DNA of 64,000 nucleotides. Source: an uncultured Actinomycetes bacterium (GTDB lineage Bacteria; Actinomycetota; Acidimicrobiia; IMCC26256; PALSA-610). The notes under the pieces are model-generated. The model did no database searches and was not told where the DNA came from. It was given only the letters and a program-made list of their open reading frames with translations. Position numbers and translations under genes: made by a program. Location of the stretch: the NCBI GenBank assembly GCA_963782465.1, contig CAWAJR010000007.1:279558-343557 (forward strand). The letters are read 5' to 3'. This document shows positions 56,280 to 64,000 of the stretch, in pieces (the stretch's first letter is position 1; every line of letters begins with the position of its first letter).

Positions 56280-57362
56280 ATGACGGCGACGCGCGCGGTC
56301 GTGGTCGGCGGCACCGGCCCGACGGGGATCTGGATCGTGCGGGGCCTGCTCAGTCGCGGCTACGACGTCACGATCCTGCATCGCGGCCAGCATGAACGCG
56401 ACGAGACCCCGACCGAGGTCGAACACCTTCACGCCGACCCGTACGACGACGCGGCGATGCACGACGTCTTCGCGACCCGCTCGTTCGATCTGGTCGTCGC
56501 GATGTACGGCCGGCTCCGCACCATCGCGGCGGCGACCGCCGGCCGCACCGAACGTTTCGTGTCGGTCGGTGGCGTGCCGGCCCACCGCGGGTGGATGAAC
56601 GCACGCCTCTACGACCCGCCGGGCGTGCCGGTCCCCATCGCCGAAGACGGCCCGACCGTGCGTGACCCGAGCGAAGACCGCAAGGGCTATCGCGTCGCCC
56701 GCACGGAAGAGGCGGTGTTCGCGCATCATCCCAACGCCGCGCACTTCCGCTACCCGTACGCGTACGGGCCGTACCAGCTCGTGCCGCGGGAGTGGTCGAT
56801 CGTGCGCCGGCTCCTCGACGGCCGCCGCCGCATCATCCTCGCCGACGACGGTCTGACACTCCATCACCACGGCTTCACGCAGAACCTCGCGCATGCGGTG
56901 CTGCTCGGTGTCGACGACGAGCCGGGAGCGGCGGGCAAGATCTTCAACACCGGCGACGAGGAAGTGCTGTCGATCCGCCAGGTCGTGGAGTGCTGCGCGA
57001 GCGCGCTCGGTCACGAACTCGAGATCGTGTCGATGCCGTACGACCTCGCGGTGCCCGCGCGCCCGCTGCTCACCCAACCATTCCCGACGCACCGCGTCCT
57101 CGACCTCTCGCGCGTCAAACGCGACCTCGGTTACCGCGACGTCGTCCCGGCGCGAGAAGCGGTGCCGCGCACCGCGCGGTGGCTGGCCGAACATCCCATC
57201 GCGCCCGGAGCGCAGGAAGAATTCGTTCTCACCGACCCGTTCGATTACACGGCCGAGGACGAACTCATGGACGCGTGGGCCCGACTACGCGACACCTTGC
57301 CGCCGGTGCGTTTCGAACCGCCGCCCGGTTACGGGCTTGCCTACAGCGGTCCCGGCAGCTGA
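56280..57362 (+). CDS. NAD-dependent epimerase/dehydratase family (extended SDR) protein
   Basis: AVVVGGTGPTGIWIVRGLLSRGYDVTILHRG is a Rossmann motif. ATG lies 1 nt after the upstream stop. Confidence 0.75.
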   Translation: MTATRAVVVGGTGPTGIWIVRGLLSRGYDVTILHRGQHERDETPTEVEHLHADPYDDAAMHDVFATRSFDLVVAMYGRLRTIAAATAGRTERFVSVGGVPAHRGWMNARLYDPPGVPVPIAEDGPTVRDPSEDRKGYRVARTEEAVFAHHPNAAHFRYPYAYGPYQLVPREWSIVRRLLDGRRRIILADDGLTLHHHGFTQNLAHAVLLGVDDEPGAAGKIFNTGDEEVLSIRQVVECCASALGHELEIVSMPYDLAVPARPLLTQPFPTHRVLDLSRVKRDLGYRDVVPAREAVPRTARWLAEHPIAPGAQEEFVLTDPFDYTAEDELMDAWARLRDTLPPVRFEPPPGYGLAYSGPGS

Positions 57363-57380
57363 GCGGCCGGGAACGGCGGA

Positions 57381-57902
57381 TCAGCGGGGTTTGGCGCCGC
57401 GCCGCGACTTCGGGCGGGGCCGGCTCAACTCGATCTCGTCGAGCGGCACGGTATGGCCGGCTTCGCAGCGCACCTCGACCACGACCGGCGCGCCGCACGT
57501 CTCGTGCGCGAGCAGGAGCGGCGGCCCGAGCGCACCGGCCAGGTGACGGTCGCCCCATTGCATCAGCGCGAGCAACACGGGGAGCAGTTCGACGCCGGCC
57601 GGAGTGAGGACGTACTCGTCGCGCGTGCGCTGCCCGGGCTCCCGGTACGGGCGCCGCTCGAGGAGCCCCGCCACGACCAGTTCGCGCAGACGTGCCGCCG
57701 CCACCGCGGCGGTGATCCCGGCGCGGCGGGAGAAGTCGTCGAAACGGGTCGTGCCGTAGAACGCCTCGCGCAGCACGAGCATCGCCGACCGGGTGCCGAC
57801 GACGCCGAACGCACGGTCGATGGAACACCGATCCGACGACCAGGTGTCGCGTTCGGCGTCGGTCCCGGCGACATGCATGGGTTCGATGTTCTCGTGCGCC
57901 AC
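57381..57902 (-). CDS. HxlR family transcriptional regulator
   Basis: CSIDRAFGVVGTRSAMLVLREAFYGTTRFDDFSRRAGITAAVAAARLRELVVAGLLERRPY ... EYVLTPAG. Confidence 0.85.
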   Translation of the reverse strand: MAHENIEPMHVAGTDAERDTWSSDRCSIDRAFGVVGTRSAMLVLREAFYGTTRFDDFSRRAGITAAVAAARLRELVVAGLLERRPYREPGQRTRDEYVLTPAGVELLPVLLALMQWGDRHLAGALGPPLLLAHETCGAPVVVEVRCEAGHTVPLDEIELSRPRPKSRRGAKPR

Positions 57903-57940
57903 CCGCCGCCTCTGATCTGACTTGATTTGAGCATAGCCAG

Positions 57941-58390
57941 CTAGCAGATCCCGGCGACCTCCTGCCAGGTTTTGCCGCTGCGGACACTTTCAGGGTGCTC
58001 GGCGACGACGTCGAAGCCGGGACGAGCGTCGTCGTCGCGCATCTTCACCAACACCCAGTCGCGCCCGCCGGTGTGCGTCAACGCGAAGCCGCCCTGAAGC
58101 TTGTGGCCGTTGAGGACGAACGAAAGATGTTCGGGGTCGTCGCGCCGCATCTCCACCGAACCTTCGTCCCAGATGATGACCGCGCCGGTGCCACGCGTTG
58201 CGCCCTCGTGCACGCCTTCGAAGTCGCCGGCCGCGAGTGAATGGTCTTCGACCGCGACGGCCAGCCGCCGGACCGCCGGGTCGAGCGAGGGCCCTTTCGG
58301 CACCGCCCACGAACGCAGCACTTCCCCCGCCTGGAGCCGCACATCGAAATGGAGCCGGGTCGCGTCATGCAGCTGCACCACGAATCGCAT
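57941..58390 (-). CDS. stand-alone LigD 3'-phosphoesterase-like domain protein
   Basis: MRFVVQLHDATRLHFDVRLQAGEVLRSWAVPKGPSLDPAVRRLAVAVEDHSLAAGDFEG ... VIIWDEG matches the LigD PE domain. Only the last 149 codons of the track ORF look real. Confidence 0.8.
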   Translation of the reverse strand: MRFVVQLHDATRLHFDVRLQAGEVLRSWAVPKGPSLDPAVRRLAVAVEDHSLAAGDFEGVHEGATRGTGAVIIWDEGSVEMRRDDPEHLSFVLNGHKLQGGFALTHTGGRDWVLVKMRDDDARPGFDVVAEHPESVRSGKTWQEVAGIC

Positions 58391-58505
58391 CGGCCCATCA
58401 TGTCGGTTACCGGCGGAAGCCGGCCGACGCCGGGAGTAGATGCGGGCGTTCGATGGTTGGGTACCGCAGTAGCGGGCACCGGACGTTGCGCGACAAGGAG
58501 AAGGT

Positions 58506-59366
58506 ATGACGAGCGAGGATTCGGTTGCCGCGGCCGCCGCGGGCACGATCGACGTCGGTGGCGACCTGACCGTGAACCGCATGGGCTTCGGCGCGATGCG
58601 GATCACCGGCAAAGGGATCTGGGGAGAACCACCCGATCGCGACGCGGCCACCGCGGTATTGCGCAAAGCGGTCGAACTCGGCGTGAACTTCATCGACACC
58701 GCCGACTCGTACGGGCCCGACGTGAGCGAGACGCTCATCGGTGAGGCACTGCGCCCGTACCCCGACGACCTCGTGATCGCGACGAAAGGCGGTCTCGAAC
58801 GCGGTGGTCCGAACCAGTGGTCACCCAACGGGAAACCCGACCATCTGCGCCAAGCGTGCGACGGCAGTTTGCGACGCTTGCACGTCGAGCAGATCGCGCT
58901 GTACCAGCTCCACCGACCCGACCCCAACGTGCCCCTCGCCGAGTCGATCGGCGCGCTGGTCGAGTTGAAGGCAGCAGGCAAGATCCGCCATATCGGTGTC
59001 TGCAACGTCACCGAAGCCGAACTGCGCGAGGCACAGGCGATCACGCCGATCGTGTCGGTACAGAACCGCTACAACCCGACCGACCGCGCCTCCGACGGGC
59101 TCATCGACCTCTGCGAGCAGGAACAGCTCGTGTTCCTTCCGTGGGCACCGATCCTCGACCTCGACCGGAACGCGGCCGTGCAGCGGGTCGCGGAGCGGAA
59201 CGGCGTTTCGCCCCGGCAGGTCGCCCTCGCCTGGTTGCTCGCGCGTTCGCCTTCGGTGTTGCCGATCCCCGGCACCGGTTCGGTCGCGCATCTCGAGCAC
59301 AACGTCGCCGCGGCCGGGCTCGAGCTGAGCCCGAAAGAGGTCGACGAGGTGCTCGAAGAAGCCTGA
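58506..59366 (+). CDS. aldo/keto reductase
   Basis: MGFGAMRI ... NFIDTADSYG ... VIATKGG ... LYQLHRPD ... IGVCNV ... SVQNRYN ... PIPGTGSVAHLEHN. AAGGAGAAGG SD. Confidence 0.9.
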   Translation: MTSEDSVAAAAAGTIDVGGDLTVNRMGFGAMRITGKGIWGEPPDRDAATAVLRKAVELGVNFIDTADSYGPDVSETLIGEALRPYPDDLVIATKGGLERGGPNQWSPNGKPDHLRQACDGSLRRLHVEQIALYQLHRPDPNVPLAESIGALVELKAAGKIRHIGVCNVTEAELREAQAITPIVSVQNRYNPTDRASDGLIDLCEQEQLVFLPWAPILDLDRNAAVQRVAERNGVSPRQVALAWLLARSPSVLPIPGTGSVAHLEHNVAAAGLELSPKEVDEVLEEA

Positions 59367-59381
59367 CACGCGCGCGGCGCG

Positions 59382-61796
59382 TCACTTCGCCGTCATCGAC
59401 GGGGGCGCGGCTGCCGCGGCGATGCCCCATTCCCGGTTGGGTTTCGGGCCGAGCACGAAGTGCAGCCGCGCACCGGTCGTGATGACCGAAGCCGGCACCC
59501 ACGGGCACCCGTAACCCGACGCGCCGGTGCCACACGCCGGTGGCGCGTCGAACCCGCCGGCGGTGAGGCGCTGCACGTAACGGTTCCGGTCGGAGGCGGC
59601 AGGGGCGTCGATCGTGATCTTCTTCCCGCTGCCGAGCGTGATGACGACACGGGGGAACAGCGGGCTGGCGAGCACGAGGTCGGCGCGACCGGGTGTCTCC
59701 GGGTAGAGGCCGACCGCCGCCCACACGTACCACGACGCCATCGCGCCGAGGTCGTCGTTGCCGGGCTCACCGTTCGGTGCCGGCGCGTAGAGGTCGGCGA
59801 CGCGGCGAACGACGTCTTGGGTTCGCCACGGCGCGCCGGCGTAGTCGTACTCCCACGGGATACCGAGCGCGGGTTCGTTGCCCGCCCAGTCGTGGGGTTG
59901 TTTGCGGCTCGTGTTGAGCGCGGTGAAGAAGCGGTCGAGCTTGCGCACCGCCGTTGCGTTCCCGCCCATCGCGTCGAACAAGCCGCGCAGGTCTTGGGGC
60001 ACGCTCCACGTGTACTGGATCGCGTTTCCCTCTTCCCATCCGTCTTGCCCGATGTTGGGAAGGGGCGACGGCTGGAACGCGGGGCCGGTCGGGAAGTTGC
60101 CGTTCGCGTCGCGCGCCTCCAGGTACCCGGCGGCCGGGTCGAAGAGGTGACGCCAGTTCGCGGCGCGGGCGGCGAACGTCTGCGCGGTCGCCGGCTGGCC
60201 GAGCGACGCCGCGAGCTGCGCGATCGCGGCGTCGTCGATCGCGTACTCGAGCGTCTCGGAACCTCCGATCGTGTAGTCGAACGACGTGCGATCGCGGCGA
60301 CCGACCTCGACCCAGCCCTGCTTCAGGTATTCGTCGAGGTCCTGGCGCGCGACGTCCCAACCGAGCCCCGTTCCCGCGGTGGTCGCGCCCTTCACCATTG
60401 CCCGTAAGGCGGCGCCCGCGTCGAAGCCGCGCACACCGAACGCGTACGCGCCGGCGACGATCGGGTCGGCTGAATCGCCGTTCATCTCGCCCGCGTCGCC
60501 GTCGGTGTACGCGAGTTTCGGGAGGAACCCGTGCTGCGCATCGTCGGCGAGGAGCGATCGCATCATGTTGCTCACCTCGGTCGGGGCGAGCAGGGCGAGG
60601 AGTGGCACTTCCGATCGATAGATGTCCCAACCCGAGAAGTTCGCGTACTGCGTGTAGCCCCCCGCCGTGTGCGTCCGGCCGTCGAAGCCGGGGTACTCGC
60701 CGTTCACGTCGCTGAACACGTTCGGGTGCAGCAACGAGCGGTACAACGCCGAGTAGAACGTCGCCTGCTGCGCGTGGGTGCCACCGGCGATCTGCACCCG
60801 GCCGAGCATGCGGTCCCATGCCGACGTCGCGGCGCGCGTGACCGGACCAAGATCGAAGCCTCGGGCCTCGGCCACGCGGTTGGCGCGCGCGTTCGCGATG
60901 CTCACGAACGAGATGCCGATGGCGACCGTTACCGCCCGGTCTCGGCGCGTGTCGAACGACACGATGGCGCCCGAGTGCTGGCCATCCTGCTGCCGGTTCG
61001 ACGCCGCCACGGTTGCGCCTTGCCACGTGGCGAAGTGCCGGAACGGGCGGTTGAAGACCGCGTCGAACGCGAGCCGGTAGGTGGCGGCGGTGTCGCAGAA
61101 GTGCCCCGACACGACCCAGCCCGCAACCTCTCGGTCGCCGATGACTTCCGTGTGCGCGTTCTCGGCGGGTACCGCGCTGTCGGCCACCTTGAACAACACG
61201 TTTGCTGCGCTGGTCGAGGGGAACGTGAAACGGCCGAGGCCACTGTGGGTCGCGACCGCCAGCGCGACGCCGATGTGGGAACCGGGAAGTTGCACCGAGT
61301 ACCGGCCGGGCGCGGCGCGCTGTGAACCCGGGGCGAACTGTGCCGTCGCCAGCTCGGGTTCGCCGCCGACCGCGCCGACCGTCGGCAGGATCGGGACGTC
61401 GCCGAGGGCCGCGCACCCGGGACCGTTGAGGTGCGTGAGGCTGAAGCCCGACACCGCGCGGTCGCCCGCCGTGTAGCCGCCGCCCAACGCGCGGTGCGGC
61501 GAGGTGTCGGGCCCCCACTGCATCATCCCGAACGGCACGTCGGCCGCCGGTGACGCGTTCACGTTGCCGACCGCGCGGCCACCGACCCCGGTGCCCATGA
61601 ACGGGTTGACCAGCGCGCTCGGTGCCCTGACCGGCGTGGGCGCGCCACTCGGAACGCCGGTGGGACCGGTCGCGGTCCCGCCCGCCGGGGCGCGGCTCCC
61701 GGAACACGCCGCGGCGATCAGCGTGATCGCGATCGCGATCGCAACGGTGACCGCGACAGATGGGCGATGTCGAGGGAATGGCACGGCGCACAGCAT
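59382..61796 (-). CDS. glycoside hydrolase family 92 (alpha-mannosidase-like) lipoprotein
   Basis: LIAAACSG lipobox, then VNPFMGTG ... PFGMMQWGPDT ... GFSLTHLNGPGC ... FSGWDIYRS ... typical of GH92. The N-terminal 337 codons of the 1141-aa track ORF lie antisense to the next gene and are not real. Confidence 0.85.
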   Translation of the reverse strand: MLCAVPFPRHRPSVAVTVAIAIAITLIAAACSGSRAPAGGTATGPTGVPSGAPTPVRAPSALVNPFMGTGVGGRAVGNVNASPAADVPFGMMQWGPDTSPHRALGGGYTAGDRAVSGFSLTHLNGPGCAALGDVPILPTVGAVGGEPELATAQFAPGSQRAAPGRYSVQLPGSHIGVALAVATHSGLGRFTFPSTSAANVLFKVADSAVPAENAHTEVIGDREVAGWVVSGHFCDTAATYRLAFDAVFNRPFRHFATWQGATVAASNRQQDGQHSGAIVSFDTRRDRAVTVAIGISFVSIANARANRVAEARGFDLGPVTRAATSAWDRMLGRVQIAGGTHAQQATFYSALYRSLLHPNVFSDVNGEYPGFDGRTHTAGGYTQYANFSGWDIYRSEVPLLALLAPTEVSNMMRSLLADDAQHGFLPKLAYTDGDAGEMNGDSADPIVAGAYAFGVRGFDAGAALRAMVKGATTAGTGLGWDVARQDLDEYLKQGWVEVGRRDRTSFDYTIGGSETLEYAIDDAAIAQLAASLGQPATAQTFAARAANWRHLFDPAAGYLEARDANGNFPTGPAFQPSPLPNIGQDGWEEGNAIQYTWSVPQDLRGLFDAMGGNATAVRKLDRFFTALNTSRKQPHDWAGNEPALGIPWEYDYAGAPWRTQDVVRRVADLYAPAPNGEPGNDDLGAMASWYVWAAVGLYPETPGRADLVLASPLFPRVVITLGSGKKITIDAPAASDRNRYVQRLTAGGFDAPPACGTGASGYGCPWVPASVITTGARLHFVLGPKPNREWGIAAAAAPPSMTAK

Positions 61797-61883
61797 GACG
61801 CGAGCCGCGGCCGCCCGCGTGCGCTCGTGCCCGGTCGGGAGGATCTCGTTTGGCCCGCCGTCGGCGAGTGCGAAGCTGTCGCC

Positions 61884-62717
61884 ATGAGTGTCGACACCGT
61901 GCGAATCGGCGACGTCGTCCTGACCCGGGTGGGGTACGCCGATGTGTTGCTCGACGCGGCCCGGGTCGGGCTGACCCCGGAGGAGGTCGGCGCCGTCGCC
62001 TGGGCCGAGCCGACGTGGGCCGACCACGGCCAGGTACGCGCCGGTGCGGCGGCGTGGATCATCGACGACGGTGCGGCCCGCATCGTCGTCGACCCCGCGT
62101 TCGCGGCCGACGAGATCCTGCGCAACGATGCCGATGCGGCCGCGCACCAGGAGGCGTTCGCGTCGATCCTCTCCGCTGCCGGGTTCCCGCGTGAGAGCGT
62201 CACCCATGCGGTCGCCACGCACTTCGAGGGCGTCGGGATGCTCGGCTGGCGCAACGACGACGGCTCGTGGTCGCCCTTCTTCCCCAACGCGCCGATCCTG
62301 TTGTCGCAACGCGAACTCGACGCGTTCGACGCCGGGTTCTCGCGCGACGTCATCGGTGGGTTCGAAGCGCTGCGCGCCGAGGGTGCGGTGCGCGCGGTGA
62401 CGGGTGACCGCACCGCGATCACCGATGCGGTCTCGATCGAGTTCACCGGCTGCCACAGCCCCGGCCACCAGATCGTTCGGGTCGAATCGGGTGGTGACGC
62501 GGCGGTGGTCGTCGGCCACCTCGCGGTGAGCCCGCTTCACCTCGCGACGGGCGAGTGCCCGCCGGAACACGTCGACCCGGCCGGGGCGTACGCGCAACTC
62601 GTCGCGATGCGCGACAGCGGTTGCCTGCTTCTCGGGCCTCTCTGGCCCGCGCCGGGTGCGGGCCGGTGGGACGGCGTGCGTCTCGTGGCCATCGCGCCCT
62701 CCACCACGATCGCCTGA
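61884..62717 (+). CDS. MBL-fold metallo-hydrolase-like protein
   Basis: The length, and VVDPAF ... THAVATHFEGVG ... TGCHSPGHQIV ... VVVGHLAVSP, suggest a degenerate beta-lactamase fold. Moderate confidence only. Confidence 0.55.
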   Translation: MSVDTVRIGDVVLTRVGYADVLLDAARVGLTPEEVGAVAWAEPTWADHGQVRAGAAAWIIDDGAARIVVDPAFAADEILRNDADAAAHQEAFASILSAAGFPRESVTHAVATHFEGVGMLGWRNDDGSWSPFFPNAPILLSQRELDAFDAGFSRDVIGGFEALRAEGAVRAVTGDRTAITDAVSIEFTGCHSPGHQIVRVESGGDAAVVVGHLAVSPLHLATGECPPEHVDPAGAYAQLVAMRDSGCLLLGPLWPAPGAGRWDGVRLVAIAPSTTIA

Positions 62718-62846
62718 CCGCACCCCGACGGGGGTGCTGGCACCCGCGCCCGCGTCACCGGCTGGCTTCCTTGGCAGGCGCTGCGCCCGCCACCAGACTG
62801 CGCTCATGACGGGCGCGCGGGAACCTCGCGGGAGGATGCTGCGAGC

Positions 62847-64000
62847 GTGAGCAAGCGGCGCGACGGAACGCCGGCATTGACCGCGACCCTGGCGGTCTGC
62901 TGGTACCGCTTCCGGGTCACGTTGCGTCGCCGGGTGTTGGGGTACCTCGGCCTCGTGGTCCTCATCGCATTGCTCGGCGGCGTCGCGCTGGGCTCACTGG
63001 CCGCGGCGCGGCGCACGCAATCGTCGTTCCCGGCGTTCCTCGCCGGCACCAACCCCTCCGACCTGTTCGTCAACGACTTCAGCGCGACCAATACACCGTC
63101 GATCGACTTCGCGGCCGCGCTCGCTCGCCTGCCACACGTCGAGCACGTCGCATCGTGGGGCCTTCCGAACGTGCTCCGGCTGGGGCCCGACGGGAAACCG
63201 TTCGGCCCGAACCCCGACCTCACCACGTCGGGCGTCTTCACCGTGGTGAGCACCGACGGTCTCTACCGGGCCCAGGACCGCGCCACGTTGTCGAGCGGGA
63301 GGTGGGCCGATCCGTCTCGGTCCGACGAAGCCGTCATGAGCGCGCCGGCGGCGCGCGTGCTCGGCGTGCCGGTCGGCGGCACGTTACGGCTCGGGTTCTA
63401 CACCGACGCGGCATCGAACCGGCCGAACTACGAGACCGATCCGGGCCCGGCGGTGTTCGAGGCGAACATCAAGGTGGTCGGCATCGTCACGTTCAACCGC
63501 GAAGTCGTGCAGGACGACATCGACCAGTTCCCGACCTACGTGCTGCTGAGCCCCCGGCTCGCACCACGGTTGAAGCAGTGTTGCGGCGAGGGCAATGGGG
63601 TGATGGTCGGGTTGCAGCTCGATCACGGTTCGCGCTCGGTGCCCGCAGTCGAATCAGAGATCGGCCACGCGTTCCCGCAAGCGCGGATCACCGCGCTCAC
63701 CTCGTCGGAGTTGGCGAAGGCAGAACGCGCGATCGAGCCGGCGTCGATCGCGCTCGCGGTGTTCGGTCTCATCGCCGCGCTGGCGACGCTGCTCGTCGCG
63801 GGCCAGGTGATCGGGCGCCAGTTGCGGTCGAGGGCAGCCGAGCGCGCCGTGCTGCGCGGGTTCGGCGCGAGCCCGTCGGCGACGGTGCTCGATCCGCTGG
63901 TCGGCATCGGCGCGGCGATCGTGACCGGCGCCGGTGCCGCGGCGCTCGTGGCCGCGCTCGCGTCGCCCCTCGCGCCGATCGGCGTGGTCCGTTCCGTCGA
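62847..64000 (+). CDS. FtsX-like ABC transporter permease (5' part; continues beyond the window)
   Basis: GTG follows GGGAGGA. It is not in the ORF track because no stop is reached. TM1 (LGLVVLIALLGGVALGSLAAA), a roughly 270-aa extracytoplasmic domain, then TM helices (IALAVFGLIAALATLLVAGQVIGRQL). I translated it by hand without any frame break. Confidence 0.7.
   Translation, partial: MSKRRDGTPALTATLAVCWYRFRVTLRRRVLGYLGLVVLIALLGGVALGSLAAARRTQSSFPAFLAGTNPSDLFVNDFSATNTPSIDFAAALARLPHVEHVASWGLPNVLRLGPDGKPFGPNPDLTTSGVFTVVSTDGLYRAQDRATLSSGRWADPSRSDEAVMSAPAARVLGVPVGGTLRLGFYTDAASNRPNYETDPGPAVFEANIKVVGIVTFNREVVQDDIDQFPTYVLLSPRLAPRLKQCCGEGNGVMVGLQLDHGSRSVPAVESEIGHAFPQARITALTSSELAKAERAIEPASIALAVFGLIAALATLLVAGQVIGRQLRSRAAERAVLRGFGASPSATVLDPLVGIGAAIVTGAGAAALVAALASPLAPIGVVRSV

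Noticed and set aside
59382-62807. 1141-aa extent of the GH92 ORF
   Set aside because: The N-terminal 337 codons lie antisense to the MBL-fold gene and look like non-protein sequence. The lipoprotein signal at ATG 61796 marks the real start.

Overview
This is a very GC-rich chromosomal segment with actinobacterial hallmarks: a WhiB7-type regulator, a TIGR03086/DinB-type protein, F420-type PPOX proteins, a LAL-type LuxR regulator and a WS/DGAT. I can support about 57 protein-coding genes and one tRNA-Val. I saw no rRNA, CRISPR array, transposase, integrase or phage genes. Gene content is ordinary core and accessory metabolism and signalling, listed here in window order.

- Aquaporin and a GH15 hydrolase.
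- An acyl-CoA module: two family III CoA-transferases, an HMG-CoA-synthase-like::DUF35 fusion and an SCP2-type thiolase.
- A ThuA/esterase/RidA operon.
- A sugar cluster (GH4, NagB-like, membrane protein, Gfo/Idh/MocA) next to a LAL regulator.
- A nucleotide second-messenger locus: a zinc-ribbon cyclase-AAA-TPR gene co-oriented with an ABC pair, divergent from a PAS-GGDEF-EAL gene.
- A Moco module (MobA, FdhD, YdeP-type oxidoreductase) followed by two tandem inositol monophosphatases.
- A NuoF-like flavoprotein plus a family-A exonuclease/polymerase.
- An AI-2E transporter with a STAS protein, a GH92 lipoprotein, and others.

The main observations are these.

1. The whiB7-type gene sits behind a roughly 460-nt leader. 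The leader carries a uORF, a canonical U-tract terminator and a plausible antiterminator.
2. Two families of dispersed intergenic palindromic hairpins occur, one of them with compensatory arm changes between copies. There is also an isolated 30-bp perfect palindrome.
3. Nine otherwise intact genes are each broken by one small indel (most simply a single base) in a G/C run. This most likely reflects assembly quality, not biology.
4. There are several short tandem repeats and two SD-preceded small ORFs below the ORF-track cutoff.

I found no convincing discrete novel multi-gene system (defence, mobile element or biosynthetic cluster). The candidates I list carry modest scores. All functional calls rest on motif and family recognition by eye, with no database search.
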